Counted from the first letter of the stretch, positions 22,664-37,315 are shown. The stretch is DNA of 64,000 bases from Styela clava (GCF_964204865.1 NC_135251.1:17236001-17300000); one strand, 5' to 3'. Numbers and translations are program-made. The notes: a model not told the origin generated them from the sequence alone.

Positions 22664-25600
22664 ACAAAAAGTGTGAGAAGTACGTTACCTATATTTTTCT
22701 AATGCAAGCGACTCCTCCAGAGTTTCGGGAAGGGGTAGATCTTTTGTTTCGGGCAACAAGAGCGTTACAATTGACGCGACTAGAGCAATACCGCTTAAAA
22801 TCAGAAATGGAACCAACTTCGAACTTTCACCTGTAAATTACGAATAATACCACAATATGCTAGGTTCGGTACATATTAATACAGCGCCCAGTTGTGGCAA
22901 CTCATATAACTGTAATCTTATCCTATGAAGAGTGAATAATCTGGGTCAAGCTTACCAGTGAAAGCAATAAACGGCGCCATCAAACCACCAAAACGGGAAA
23001 GCGTTGCAGAGAATCCAAGTGCCGTGTTGCGGAGTTTTGTTGGAAAAAGCTCAGCTGGATACAAAAAAATCATTGCCATAGTAGATGAAATAAAAACCTT
23101 TCCGAGCATTGCAAACGCAATACTTACTGCGTTATCTGCAATAGGAAGTAAGATGATCAAGCTCATTTCAAACAACCTTGGAATAGCATTTCGAGTCTTT
23201 CGCTAAGCTATTCATGAAAATCCACAGTTTATCAACCAGAACAATATTCGCTACATATCTGATACTTTTTACCATATCATTACACAGTAGGCCCACGGTA
23301 TTATGCAGTAAGTTTAACTCACAGTTGCCAAACACCGGGCAGAGTATTGAGCATAAACATGATATTGCATATGCTGCGGATAACGTAGATCTTCTACCAA
23401 ATTTTTGCAGAAAATAAGGAGCAAAAATCCAGCCAGGAAGTTCTGCAGCGGCGGAAATAAAACAGTTCCAGTATTTGTTTCCTTCAAGGTTTGACGTATT
23501 AAATCCAAAACCATAATAAGATGTCAAAGTCGCGGTGCTATAACAATAGGAAATCAGGAGTTAACTAAAAATCTCCGTTTCTGACAAAGCTGTCCAATCT
23601 ACGACAACCATTATTTATCCTATGTAATTTTAAAGTGGAAAGTCTTACATAATCCAACTGATAATGAAGCATCGCTTCAGCAATACTCGGTTTCTTAAAA
23701 GTATGATGAAATGAGTCTCCTTTGAATCCTTACTTTTTGTAGTCTGAATTGTGAATAGATTTGGTCAACACTAGTTTTAACGTGCTCTTTAATAATTGAA
23801 AACTAATACCTACACTAGATTTTGCGGGTGACGAAATCAAAAATATATTTTGCCTCAAAAGCTTTTGATTTGTCGTATTTTTTCGCATGATGAATTTCAT
23901 GACTTTTGTAGCTTCAGCAATGCGACCCTTACTTGCAAGCCATCTTGGAGATTCAAAAATAATCCTTCATAACAAAATAAGTAATTATATATAGAAAAAC
24001 ATATTTAACATGATGAATAAAATGGTTCGAATAAGCTGGTACGCGTGGTTCCAAATCTAGTATGGCTATGATTGTTCTCAAACATACTATTGTGAAATCA
24101 TTTTTTTGTTTTCAACCTCTTAACATCGGGCTCAAGCTTAAATTCGCTATTTCAACTTACATTATTTGAAGACTTACCAACAAGAAGGAATGTACAGAAT
24201 ACCAATCAAGCCAACGACTCTCAAAATCCATCGCCAATCTTGACATAGATATGCGATTGCTGGGACCAGCATGTACGAGAAAGATTCAAAAGAATAAATA
24301 AGACAGCTGATTGTAGCTCGTTTGTCAGTTTTGACCAATTCTTGTACTGATAAATTAAATTTATATGATAAATTCCGACAAGGCAAACCAGCTACATTGC
24401 TGAAAAGAACAGGGACCTCGTGACTCAGTTTCGGAGTTTCGAGTTTTGAAAAATGTGTAGCGTGATGCTTTATTTCCCTGTTTATTTGTCTTGCGGTGTG
24501 TATGACCTACAATTTCGAACAACGAAATTAATCTTTTGTACAATATTTAAAAAAATGCAAGTTGTCAAATTGGGCATAAAGAGAGTTAATTTGGTAACAC
24601 TCTTGATGCAATGTATGTTTGCATTAAACTAAAGCCCTAAAACAATAATAATAAGTAATTTATACCTACAAGCATTTGATTATGTCTTACCATATAAAAA
24701 TGCTGTACAAAATGCTGCTGCGTTGATTGCTCCTAATAACGTAAACCATATGACACAAGATGCAAAGTTTGGCGCAAAGCTATAAGCGATCATCAGTGAC
24801 GATATAATCATACCGTAAATAATTGTTGGCTTCTTCCGTCCAAACCTGGAATTTCGTAAGAGTTATTTTCGATTAATGGTACGTATAACTGGCGTAGTTT
24901 TGTGCAACAAGGCTTTGGGATTTATCTTTAAATGTTCAAATGTTTCTCCCAGTGATGAGAATGTCCATGGAGTCTATAGAGGCGAAAAATAGCAGCTAGA
25001 AGATTATTACTTTTTAAAAGTTTTTAAGAGTCAATTTTGACTGCTGTGTTTCCATTCATGGGAACACTTTTTATAAAATATGGGCATATGACATTTTATT
25101 GTGTCACTTTTTTATTATATGCACGTGACCATCGTGCTAATGTTTTTGAGCATTCTACTTTTGTTTCCTAGTTAGTTGTTTGTAATCAAGTTGGATTTCA
25201 AGAGATGTGCAGTGTTTAGCAAATCGCTGTAGCCTACTTTATAATCGGCGTTTTTACTGTAATGTTAAAATTTCTAGAAAAGTAAAAATGTTTTTGTTTT
25301 GAGAGACATTTGTTGCTTAAAATAAATCTTGCATTCAACTTCATAGTTTTTTTTATGGTATGCAAATTGAACAAACCTGTCAACTATCATCCCTGCAATC
25401 AGACCACTAAACATTGGCCCTGCTGAAAATCCAAGCGTCAGAAGAATTCTTTGCCAATCATCATTACAGACCAAGTCAAACTAAAAACGAATCATGACTC
25501 CTGGTTGAGCTGAGAGGATGACTATTTAGGAAATATAAAAACACCATTTACAATCTTTTATCGTCGACTCATATAATATTATTTCTTAGCAGATGATTTG

Positions 25601-25883
25601 AAGGAAAATGTAATTTTAAATGCAGTTAAGCGTTTTAGCAGGGTTAATAGATTGCTCTTTACCTCCTCTGTCCCAGTTTTTACCCCATCTTTTGCATTGT
25701 ATACCCATCCGTCTTTGCAATATTCATTAGCATAGCTCCCGGTGGTGTTAAGTGTGATGTTGTGGTTTGAAACATTGACATACCTAAATTTAACTGTGAC
25801 GTTTTACGTTTACCGGATATCCCAAAAAAAATCTCTTCTAGAATTGAACATTGTTGTATATATATATATATATATATATATAT

Positions 25884-26086
25884 GGTGACCGTACATTTGA
25901 ACCCATGTACATTTGTACCCATGCGTATATCCACGGGTTCAATCTATATGCGGGTGCTAAAACCCATGGGTTAGGGTTAGTATGGGTTTAACTATCCGTG
26001 AAACAAAAAAAATTCCATAGGTGCAATAGCATACAGGTGCAATTGTCATGGGTTCAAATGTACGTGGGTTCAAATGTAATGGAACC
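25884..26086 (+). mobile_element. MITE family A inserted in a (TA)n microsatellite in SLC22 intron 2; copies at 43670-43872 and 61488-61690
   Basis: 203 bp, same termini, flanked by (TA)n on both sides. Nearly identical to the reverse complement of 17749-17951. Confidence 0.92.
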
Positions 26087-29000
26087 TATATATATATATA
26101 TTCGCATAATATCATGTTTGAGGCAGCTACTGAATTATGATGCCACAAAAGCCAACAGAATTTAAGATCGAAACGCAAATACAATGAAATAAACATAGCA
26201 TATATCATCAAAAACATACCTTTTGCATTTTGAAAATTCATTCCCATTCGGTCCCTCATGTGGAATGTAACGTAACAAGATTGATCTCGAGATATTCCTT
26301 TCTATCTGAAAACATGTTTGCATTTTTTCAAATGTAGTTAAAATAATATAAAGGATGTCGGCTCCGAGGGCCACAAAATTATTTTTGCATTGTTCGCGAG
26401 CCACAATAGTGCCAAGAATAGGTAAAACAGTGCAACTGTAATGTCGTTGAATCATCAAAATGCCGGAAACAAAGTGCAAGTTTTCTAATGAGTTTAAGAA
26501 TGAGAACAATTCCCATTATTTGAAGCGAAGGCCAATAGAAAGAGAGAGTTTATTTTTATTTGTCAAACCGAGGATTTCGTAGTAAGATTTACAGCTAATT
26601 TTGATGCCTGCAATCTACCCACAATGGTAGGAAAACGTTTAAACTATTACTAACCCCCAGAATCGAACCAAGTTTGACTTGTCCAATCCGCGCCGTCCCG
26701 GTTTTTGGCTTCAGAGATATGGTAAGCCTACTTATTCCCCATTCTTGACGTCTGTGCTGGGACCAACTCGTTCAGATCAAATATAGAGGACTTGCACGGG
26801 TCACGTGACTTTGTTACTGGACGGCAATAAAACAAAATCGTCCATTTGGCTCCTGTCAGTTGCAAGTCGGATTATACGTTTCCGTTTTGTTTGGCTGTTG
26901 AAAATGGTTATTTCGTATTGTTCCGTTGGCTGCACGTATAGTATAGACTATAGACAACGAAATGGATCTTCAGTTATATTCCCCTGTTTTCAAAAGATCC
27001 GGAACGTCGCGCAATGTGGATATCATCTATTGGCAGATCTGCTTGGTGTCAAGTCCAGAAGCCATCTCACTTGTGTTTAACTGTTTGCGGACAGCACTTC
27101 GTTGATGGTGAGTCATCATGTGCCGTTATCGAATTTTTAAATATTCATAAGCTCCCTCATTTCAATGGAAAGCAGATGACAAACTACTGTTATTGGTAGG
27201 CCTAGGCGTAGGCCTACTTGCAGACTTGACTCGTGTAAGGTATTAATCAATAATTGCCATAAGGTATTGTTTTCCTAGTTAGCAGGTAATCTATTAGTAA
27301 TTGTGAAAAGTTGAATAGATAACTAAAGTTTAACGCCAGTGCTCATGCAAAAAATAACCAGAATTCAATTGAATTCGCCATCTAAGAGTACGCTCGCCAC
27401 CGCATCTCTGATCCCACTGGGAGTTTCACAGCTTCCAATCCCATGCGGGGATAGTTATGTGCGAGTGGATTGCAGCTCTCCTCCCACTGAGGGTGGTTCA
27501 CACGACCGCTGGTCGATTACGACATCCCCCACCATCAAGTATATGCTTCTAAAACAAATAACTGGCTAACTAATCCCGACATAGAAATGGTAATCGTACG
27601 ATGCTGCACCTTGCAATCTGTCCCCAACCAATGATAAATTCTATCCTGAAAACTACCCACATTGGTAGGCATAGTTGCGTTTTAAATTGAAAGAAATCTT
27701 CATTAATGGTCAAATTGGTCTGATTGTTTTGTTAGTTAGCAGGTAATTTATTACTGATCTGATACACAAACTTGGCACTGTCAAATGATGATAAGTGTTT
27801 AATTTATTTTCAGGAAAAAGGGAAGATAACCCATTATCAGCTGCTTATATGTCCCATCGAAACACATGTAAGATGGCTTCTGGACTTGACACCAAGCAGT
27901 TCTGCCAATACAATAGGCAATGGATGATATCCACATTGCGCGACGTTCCGGATCTTTTAAAATTAGTGGAATATAACTGAAGATCCATTTCGTTGTCTAT
28001 ACTATACGTACAGCCAACGGAACAATACGAAATAATCATTTTCAACGGTGACCGTACATTTGAACCTACGTACATTTGAACCCATGTGTATATTCGCGAG
28101 TTCAATCTATATGCGGGTGCTAAACCCATGGGTTAGGGTTAGTATGAGTTCAAATATCCGTAAAACAACAAAAATTTTCATAGGTGCAATAGTGTGCAGG
28201 TGCAATCGTCGTGGGTTCAAATGTACGTGGGTTCAAATGTAATGGAACCATTTTCAACAGCCAAACAAAACGGAAACGTATAATCCGACTTGCAACTGAC
28301 AGGAGCCAAATGGACGTTTTTGTTTCATTGCCGTCTAGTAACAAAGTCACGTGACCCGTGCAAGTCCTCTATATACTACTACGTTCAGATACATCTTTAA
28401 AATATTTTTACTTGGTGTTTCATATCGCCGATAAGCGTTTAAAGCAAATACTAACCAAATGGAGCTTGTATATGTATGCAAATTTGTTTCAATATATATA
28501 AAATACATTGTGAAGATCAACAATGCATAAATATTTATGTAGGTAGATTCTAGACCAGGCACGCTTTTTGGACCGGGTGCCAAAAAATTTGTCTACTTAG
28601 ACTGGCGGCCATGTAAGTGTGACGTAAAAAGTTACATTTTATAAACAATATTTACACTGTTACAAAAGCAAAAGTGGAAAACAGTGAGCCTCGTGCCAAA
28701 ACGAAATATAATCCCAATCTCAACAAATTCCTTGAGCTATTTTTAGCCCAACATCAAAATTTGGTTTTAGTTTGGTTGTGGCAGCATCATGCGGGCCAGA
28801 CTGAACTACCCAACGAGCCGGATTTGGCCCGCGGGCCGTAGTTTGCTCATGTCATATGTCTGTTGTAGACGGTTTGCACAAACGAGTTTGACTAACATTC
28901 ACTGCCCAGGACGTAACCTGCAACAGCTGAGCTATGGCGCCATTGGTAACCAATTGCCACAGTTGCCCAGATATGAGGATATTTCTTTATACATTGACTT

Positions 29001-29437
29001 TGAATTAGATTCTGTGTAGCAACTAATAAAAACGACGGGAATGTTGTTAAACTACTGAGAGGGGTTCTACGTACAATTTGTGAAAGGCGTAATCATGTTC
29101 ATTCTAACATTTGTCGTGAGTTGCATAAGCAAATACTCAAACTCATTCACCTAAACTCTCTCTACAAACAGTCACTAAAAATGTTGAGGTTTTCTATATA
29201 CAACTTCTCTCTGTGTACTACGCTCTGTACAAGCAACTAAACGAAAATATGGGTGAGTTCATTCACATACCCCTTGAGAGCCAAGCTTCACCGACTGGCG
29301 CTACGTATAGATTTGCAAACCTATAACACAAGCCTACATTTTCTGGTTTTTAGTTTATTTATTCAATCAATAGACGAAAGAACATATGCAGGAACAAATG
29401 ACGAAATTGGCAAAAAAACACATCTAAACATTTAAAT

Positions 29438-32400
29438 TTAATTTTGTGAAATATATCGTCTGTAAGAATCAGATTCCATCAACCGAAATATATGATCTTG
29501 AGCTTCCTGGAACATTTCTGAGGTTGGATTCTGCAGCTTTTCTGTTATCATTGAACGTATTTTTGATGTAATATTAACCTGAAAATATAAAAGATTATCC
29601 ATTAGGCATTGACGTATTTGAATAATTTGGAGCCGGAAGGTTTTTTTTAGACTGAATCAGAACAAACCAACCAACAACCAAATCATATGGGTGGCAATGT
29701 TTTCATTGAAAATGGAGGGACCTGAGCCCTGGCAAAGACCAATGAATGACTCGCTCCAGCAGCAGTAGATAAAATTTCAAGGATATGATGGATGTTTCGC
29801 CTATATATATGGCCGTTCACTCAAAAATCAAAAAAAAAATAGTGCTGATAAAGACTGAATGTCAAATCATACCTCACACTCTGCATCAGAGTGGATATAT
29901 TTTTTGTAGATCGCAGACGCAAGTTTACGTTGTTTTGTTGTCTTCTTATTTTTGTAACTTTCACATTCAGTCCAAAAATCAAGATTTTCCTCACTGTGCT
30001 CTATTGCAAGAAATGCGCGAAAGGAAGCACATTTACCTTCAAAAAATAAAAAATATACATTAATATATATATATGTATTTTCAAAACAATGAGAGAGAAA
30101 GGTAATAAACCTAACCGCCGAAGAATACTGGCAAATGATAAAATGTAGATTATGTGAAAACAGTTTTAAAACAGAATATTACATTAATTCGTATCTGATT
30201 ATAACCAGGATTAATCTAGGTTTAATTTAAAATCGATTCACGGGAATATTCTACAAACCTTTATCTTTCAAAATAGCTAGCAGTCCATTCGCTGACGAAG
30301 AATTGGAGGAACAAGACGATACGTTAATAATATTACTTTCCAGTGCTGTGTAGCCTTTCTTCTCCTCGTTCTTATGTTTTCTTGACTTGACACGACTAAA
30401 TTAATGTTGAAAAAATATATTTGAAAAACATTAGAATATATGAGGTAAGAAATGTATCAGCACAAGTGACACAAATAGTTTACACTTATACAAGTTAAAC
30501 TTTTTTTCATTTTCAACTTCAATCATTAACATAAAAATAAACTAGCAGCAGCACAGAAGCTACAAGATTTGTGTATGATTTCATATGTCAGTTATAAGAA
30601 AAGCAAAGAATCTTTTCACTTCAGTAAATGCCCATGTACTGTTCCTAGCAAAAGTGTGTATGCTTCATTTAACTTATCTAGGCTATTGCATTTGATCAAT
30701 ACAGGGCACAGGGTTACTAATTCAACAAACCGACTTATGGAACCCTGTACTACAAACATCCAAATATTTCGATTCAAAGTAAGATATATTTATGTTTGTC
30801 ACGGTAAGAGTCAAATAAGGTAAGAAAAAAGACTTTTGTTACTTACAATATCTTTTTAATCTTTTCTGTTTCGATCCAATCAATTTTACTCGAAATATTT
30901 TTGTTGTTTTGTAGTTCTTCTTTCGTTTTCAAATCTGATTCGGAAGAACATGACCGACTTCTTATTCGTTTTGGATCAACATCGCTTGATGACGTAACAC
31001 TAACGATTTCCACGCGATCATTGTCATAATTTTGCGACCTCGAGCTATTTATTTCAGATGACACGATATCACTCGGTGCCCCAAGTTCGAATTTTTGAGG
31101 AAAATCTGAAAATGAAAAAATTAAATAATGCAAACTTCCTCACATCGACCCAAGGTGAACGCATGCTTGAATCTACTTACCAATGAAATCAGGATAATAT
31201 AAGGTGAACTTCTCATTCCCAGCCTGTAACAAAGAAATTATAATGTTTATATATTATATTTTTTTAATTTATTGGTTCAGTTTGTTTAAACGTATAGATT
31301 CGTCGGAATATTTATAAGATTGCCTTTGCATTGTGCTGTGACGCCGCTTCAATAATAAAAAAATCGAATATCGGAACAATTAGTTTATAAAATCTACATA
31401 CCGATTTTTGCATACGAAAACTCTCCGACTTATTAAAATATCTTTTGCTGCTTGTGCGTTCATATCCGTTAATGCTTCTTTTTGCAGATCGTCGAAGAAT
31501 CGGCGATTCACATCCGGGAACCATTTGTCTCAATTGCGCGAGTTGTTTTTTCCCGTCATGATATGTTCGTCTTCGGACTATTCTCGCCGACTTTTGCAAA
31601 TTTGCACCGTATGTAACGGACGCCAAACACAGCGGTGTACCGGGAGTGTTGCTAGGACGACAGGGAATGGAGTTACCAGCATATAACGGGGGCTTGCAAA
31701 TTTGAAATGTCTGTTCCTGCTCTTCAGTCAAAAACACATCATCATTATCTTCATCTTCAAATTGTATTGGTTTGATTTGGTGCTTCATATCATGTTGTGG
31801 TCTGAATGGCGTTTGCTGGTCTATATCATTTTCTATATATCTATACTTTTGTAGTTTTTCTCTCGTTGTAATGAATTGCAAGTTATTTTGCGCTGATGTC
31901 CTTAGTCGATGTTCGTTCAATTTACGCTTTTTGTGTCGAACACCACCTTTTCTATTAAGTTTACGTTTATATCCGCCTTTTGGTGTATTGTTCAATTCTC
32001 GGTTGTTTCGATGACTTCTTTGAATTTTCAGCACTACAACACCGGAACAAGATCTATATAGAGGCAAAATACCAGTTGGCAATTTTGTTCATTGCAAAAA
32101 TATATAAATAATAACCTAAAAATAACACTTACCTCAGTAAATTTTGAAATTCAAAATTAGTCCGGTTATTAACAATTGACCCATTGATTGACAATATTAC
32201 GTCTCGTTCACGGAGTCCGACGGAATAAGCTTGTGATCCTGAAAATAAAAGGTTTATATACATTTTAATCAAAGTAAACTAGTAAGAAACGCAAGGCAAC
32301 AACTCTCTTAGGCTTTAATAAGAAAAGGAGCATTTTGAGTAAAATAGATCAGCTGGTATGTTTTGTATTGATATCGTACGAAAATTTACACATCTGACTA

Positions 32401-35400
32401 AGCTTTAAAAGTCTCATGGTTTTGTGACAAAATTAGTTGCTTGTGCATTAGGATTTTTCGGAAGCGACATCAACTTATTATAAAACTCACTCGACTCGGT
32501 TAGAACCCCTTACCTTCTGTGACTGATGAAACACATGGTGGCGATTGTGTTTGTGCGCCAAATTGAACATCTCTTACAATGGCATTAGTCGATAATTGGA
32601 TCTAAAAATAGAAATATTTTTATTGAATAATGTTATAATATATATTGTCTATCGGCAGAAGAACCGTTCTATGTATCGTACATGAGTTTGACAGTGTTTG
32701 GGGCATAATTAGTGATGAAAGCTTGATGCGTCCGACGTTTCCCAATTTCATGCTTTGAGATTAATAGTAATTGTTCCGAACTAACCTCCTTATGTTCGAT
32801 CATTTTTCTGCTCGGCGTGAATCCAGCTTGTGATTTGTCATTTTGTGATGTCTCTGCTGGGAACTGATTATAATTCATTGTCTTTACCTTGTTTTCTCCT
32901 GATGTCAGAAATGAGAAAGTACATTTATTTATTCATTTTATTCTTATATTATTACGAGTCCCGAGTGAATGAGAGATTTCAAACAAATTTGAATCCATGC
33001 GTTCCAAGCAAGACTTTTCCGTCGACCTACTTACCAACACATCATTTGCATAAAATATGCGATAAAATTAACATTTTGTATACACTAAGTTATCATATTT
33101 GCATAATAATTATCTTACTGCTGAGGCTTTGATTCGGTTTCACAGCAAGATGTTTTCGTCGTCCTATGTTCTCACCGAGCAAGTAATATGAACCTTGAAT
33201 TATCTGTGAAATAATGTTGAATTAATTGGAATGACTGACATGACACTGACATTTTAAGCAGAAACGACGTATTACCGTTGCTTGAGATCAAAACAATAAC
33301 GATTTGGAATATGTGGTTGTTCGTTTAAAATCGAGAATAACAGTTCAATTTTTGAATATTATTACGTTAATAATAAAAATGATGCAAGTTACCTCATTAT
33401 TCGTCATAAACTTCCGAAGTCCAAAGCTTGTGCATCCTTTAAAATTCACCGGAGTCATAGCCTGTGACCAGACTTCAATCAGCAATCTTCTATTCAATGC
33501 CATCCGAGACAAGTTACTAGAATTTTAATTTTTTCATGTAAATTTTTAATTTAAAACCTAAACTATTAGATCAAGATATTCTTTTTTTTTCAGCAAAAGG
33601 TTCGGCCATTCCGTGTATGTCAAAACTTGACAAATTATAATCGTAATGGTATTATCAGTACTTACAAAGAGACCGTCTCGTGGAGAATGGTTTCTTTTGC
33701 TGCCATGTGCACCTTCATGATATGTTCAGCATGTGTTTCGCTCTTTTCCGAAATTAGGGAAATCTAAAAATAATATGCGATTACTTTCACATGTTACCTG
33801 AAATTTACGACGAAAATCTACCAGTAAATTTTTGTTGAGCAATTTTAAAATAACAAAGTCCAGATCCTGATTCTAGCATTCATATTATCAAATTATCCAT
33901 TTACATAATATATCTTATTGTCGCGATACAAATGAACATACCAGCATACGTCACTTGATTAGTACAGGTAAGGACGTAATTAAGTTTGGACTTACCTTTA
34001 TGTAAATGCTGGATCCTATTGAAGACAAAATGTTTCTAATTCCCAACAGAGTGACAGTCAACTTCTTGGCCGTTCCACATGCCACCAATTTGATTTGACC
34101 TTGATAAATATCAGGTATTATTCCATGATTGAATTTTTGTTTTAGACGGTTAGAAAAAACATGACAAAATAGATTTCGATACATAATTCCGAAAGCATCA
34201 AATCATGGAAAAAAAATTAGGCATCGCTTAAAAATTGAACATTATTCAATATACTACAAATCATCACTTACCTCGCATTGTTAGGCGCCAATAACAACAA
34301 CGTTCCTCCTCACAAATTGCTTAGATAAAATCAGTAAGAAATAATTAAATATAAAACTGCAATGACAACGCATATGTTTAAACATACGTCGACAATATTA
34401 CGAATTAAGTGAAGGTTTGTCTCTGGCACGCTAAATCATATATATCTTTCGCTGATCTGTCTCCTGGATTCGTTTGCTAATACTATTTGCACGGAAGCCT
34501 GACCTAGGTATCAAATGTCACCTTTCTACTTCGCGATACGTTTCTCCTTGACTAAGCAGTCTAAATAATCGTGAAAAGTAGAACTGCAAACACTTCGTTG
34601 TTTGCGAAGGAAGATGAATCAAGTGACGTCAAAATTTCAAAGCGGATTACACTGCTGGAATCTTTTTGAACCAACTAAATTTTTTGATGATTTCTGACAT
34701 GCTGGGTTTTCTAGTGCTGAAATTTTGTGGCGATGCATGGCGGAAATTGTTTTCTGCTATTCACTGGCAGACTTTCCGTTTTAAGTTCGGATACATCAAG
34801 CCGGGTCAAACAGGATCCACATCTAATAAGCCATATAATACTCGAATATTTTACTTTCACTTAAATTTACATGGTAACCCATTGTCAAACTAAATCCGAG
34901 TTTATTATTTTCACTGCAGCCGCCGTAATATTCCACAATATTATATATATATATTCAATACTTTCTCGATTCGCACTCAATAACTCTGGTCTAGGTTTAA
35001 CCTGCCGGCACCCACATTTCAATGAATGAGATACTGTTGAAATCTTCAACTGTCGAAATTGAGAGTACTCAGAGATGTCAGACAGTGAAAACTGTCTGTG
35101 ACCCAAATCACGTCAGCGAAAAAAAAGAAGCAACATCTGCCTCAGTTTATTCATATCAAGAGACAATAGCCAACACAACGGGTTGCCTGAGTGGCAAGGC
35201 GGTCATTATACCGTGAAATGAAAACTTCCCAGCAAGGCAGGTGTGCCAAGTTTTTTACCTTTATGTATAATTATGTGTTATCATACGCTGATTACTTGCA
35301 GTTTTACTTTTATAATGCCAGATTAGCGCACACGTTAAGTTTCACTATCACGAAAAGTCAAATCCTTAATGAACGGGATAACTATTTAATAATCGCTAAT

Positions 35401-37315
35401 GATGATTGGCAGAAGTCTGCTTACGTAGAATCAGACTGTCATAATAAATAAAACAATAATTAATACACTATATGTCGAGCAACAAAACGAATGATTACGG
35501 TATTTACGGTCTATTGTGACAAGACTTGTCGTACGGTTCCATTACATTTGAACCCACGTACATTTGAACCCATGACAATTGCACCTGTATGCTATTGCAC
35601 CTATGGATTTTTTTTTGTTTCACGGATAGTTAAACCCATACTAACCCTAACCCATGGGTTTTAGCACCCGCATATAGATTGAACCCGTGGATATACGCAT
35701 GGGTTCAAATGTACGTGGGTTCAAATGTACGGTCACCTTGTCGTACGCAATAGCGAAATTTTCAATCGAAAGCCAAGAAACGAATTATGTGACGTAATCA
35801 TTCCGTAAAGAAGGAGCTTCAGGGTTATTGATATTCAGCGACATACATTGCCAACTTTTCGGTTTTACATTTTTGGTTTACTCTGACATCTTGCATTCCA
35901 TATCCTTAGGACGGACTAATGGGCTCTGCGAGATCTAGCAGAATAAAGACATTCCGATGACGCCGTTTCCGAAAATAAATCATTTTGGCATGCGTATCAA
36001 TCGCACCTGTTCTTGTGTTATTTGCTTTGGGGAAATCATATAAGTCGGAGGCGCACGTTGATTTTTTCAGTTGGAGTTTCCGTAATTATCGCCAACAATC
36101 TTAATTTTTCGCAGTTTCGACAACTATCAACAGGTGAATGTCAATACTATCCAACCCGATAATTATCGCGCTTAGACTCTTGATTAATTACATCAGACAC
36201 ATCTTTATCTTATTGAAAGTACTTTTGTTTCTCGCAATGTCAAATGACTAAGCGTTTGGCCTAAATAACTAATCGTGATTTACGGACTAATATCAGGTCT
36301 CAACATTTTGTAAATTTTTCTTCATCATTTTCTATCATAACCTATTTCTTATTTCTATCTACAGCGAAATTACGGTTACGGACTATACAGTTACGGACTA
36401 CGGTATTGGCAAGATCTGAAATAACATTCGCCCAACACTACTTTCAACAAACTTGCGGTCGAACAATCCACATTGTAGAAACGTTAACGTAAAAGGTTTC
36501 GACAATCAACAGCAGTTTTACGACTGATAGTGCGACTTTACAACGCCCGAACTCTAAAGAAATGTTCTCTTGCATGTTGAACGTCGTTCTAAATTGCCAT
36601 ATTTTCATAAACTACATTGACAGAACGTAATTACCCAGTGTATGACTAATGCAATTAAATACACGTAATGTTTGTTCAAATAATAATAGTAATACCTTGA
36701 TTGGGAAGTTTGTTGCTTATGTTTTTATTACTCTCTACTTTTCTCTTCTTTGGAGTAGGGAATACTGAAGATTCTGAATCCGTACTGTTTGTGCTTCCGC
36801 GCATTCTACGCTTGATCATTTCTTGATTCAATGTACTTCCATAATAGACTTCATTAAAATTTGCATATTCGTCGCCAGATGATTCGGAGTCATGGTCCGT
36901 CATTCTGAAATTTCAAAATGCTATTATGTGTTGTATTCGGCGGTTTAGAATTAAACTTTTCTCTGACAAAATCGTGGTGAAGTAGTTAGATCTATTGATT
37001 TCATTGCTGCCTGTTGGGTGAGCATATTACCGTCATGCTACGGATTGTCTTATCATTAGCTAGTGGGTTGTATACTAAGTGTAAAATTGAAACTTCAAAA
37101 ATTTGAGAAATAAATTATAAATTTCACCTTTGATAAACATCAGCGTAAATCTTTCTTTTCGTAACTTCATCTTCTGAAGAAAGACTTGATGTTGTGCTCT
37201 TTCGAATTTCATCCCAATCAAATGATAACTTTGGGCATATCGTTTTCAAGTCAAACTTGAATGAAATCGGTTTTTTGTTTTGTAATACAGTAAATTCATT
37301 CGTTTCGCTCGCCAT
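29438..37315 (-). CDS. RGS3: RGS3-like gene, copy 2 (complete)
   Basis: Copy 1 shifted by +17786; no differences seen. Confidence 0.88.

Larger units (their letters stand above)
21497..26305 (-). pseudogene. SLC22-family transporter, 5'-truncated duplicate (exons 2-12, no exon 1), copy 1
   Basis: Same exons as the intact copy, but intron 1 is cut by the repeat junction at 26433-26435, so ATG, TM1 and promoter are absent. Confidence 0.88.
8647..26435 (+). repeat. Tandem segmental repeat, copy 1 (period 17,786 bp)
   Basis: ORFs from 9019 to 26509 recur at +17786 with identical translation. The unit starts at CAACTGTAATGTCG (8647) and ends at ...GGTAAAACAGTGCAA. Confidence 0.98.
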
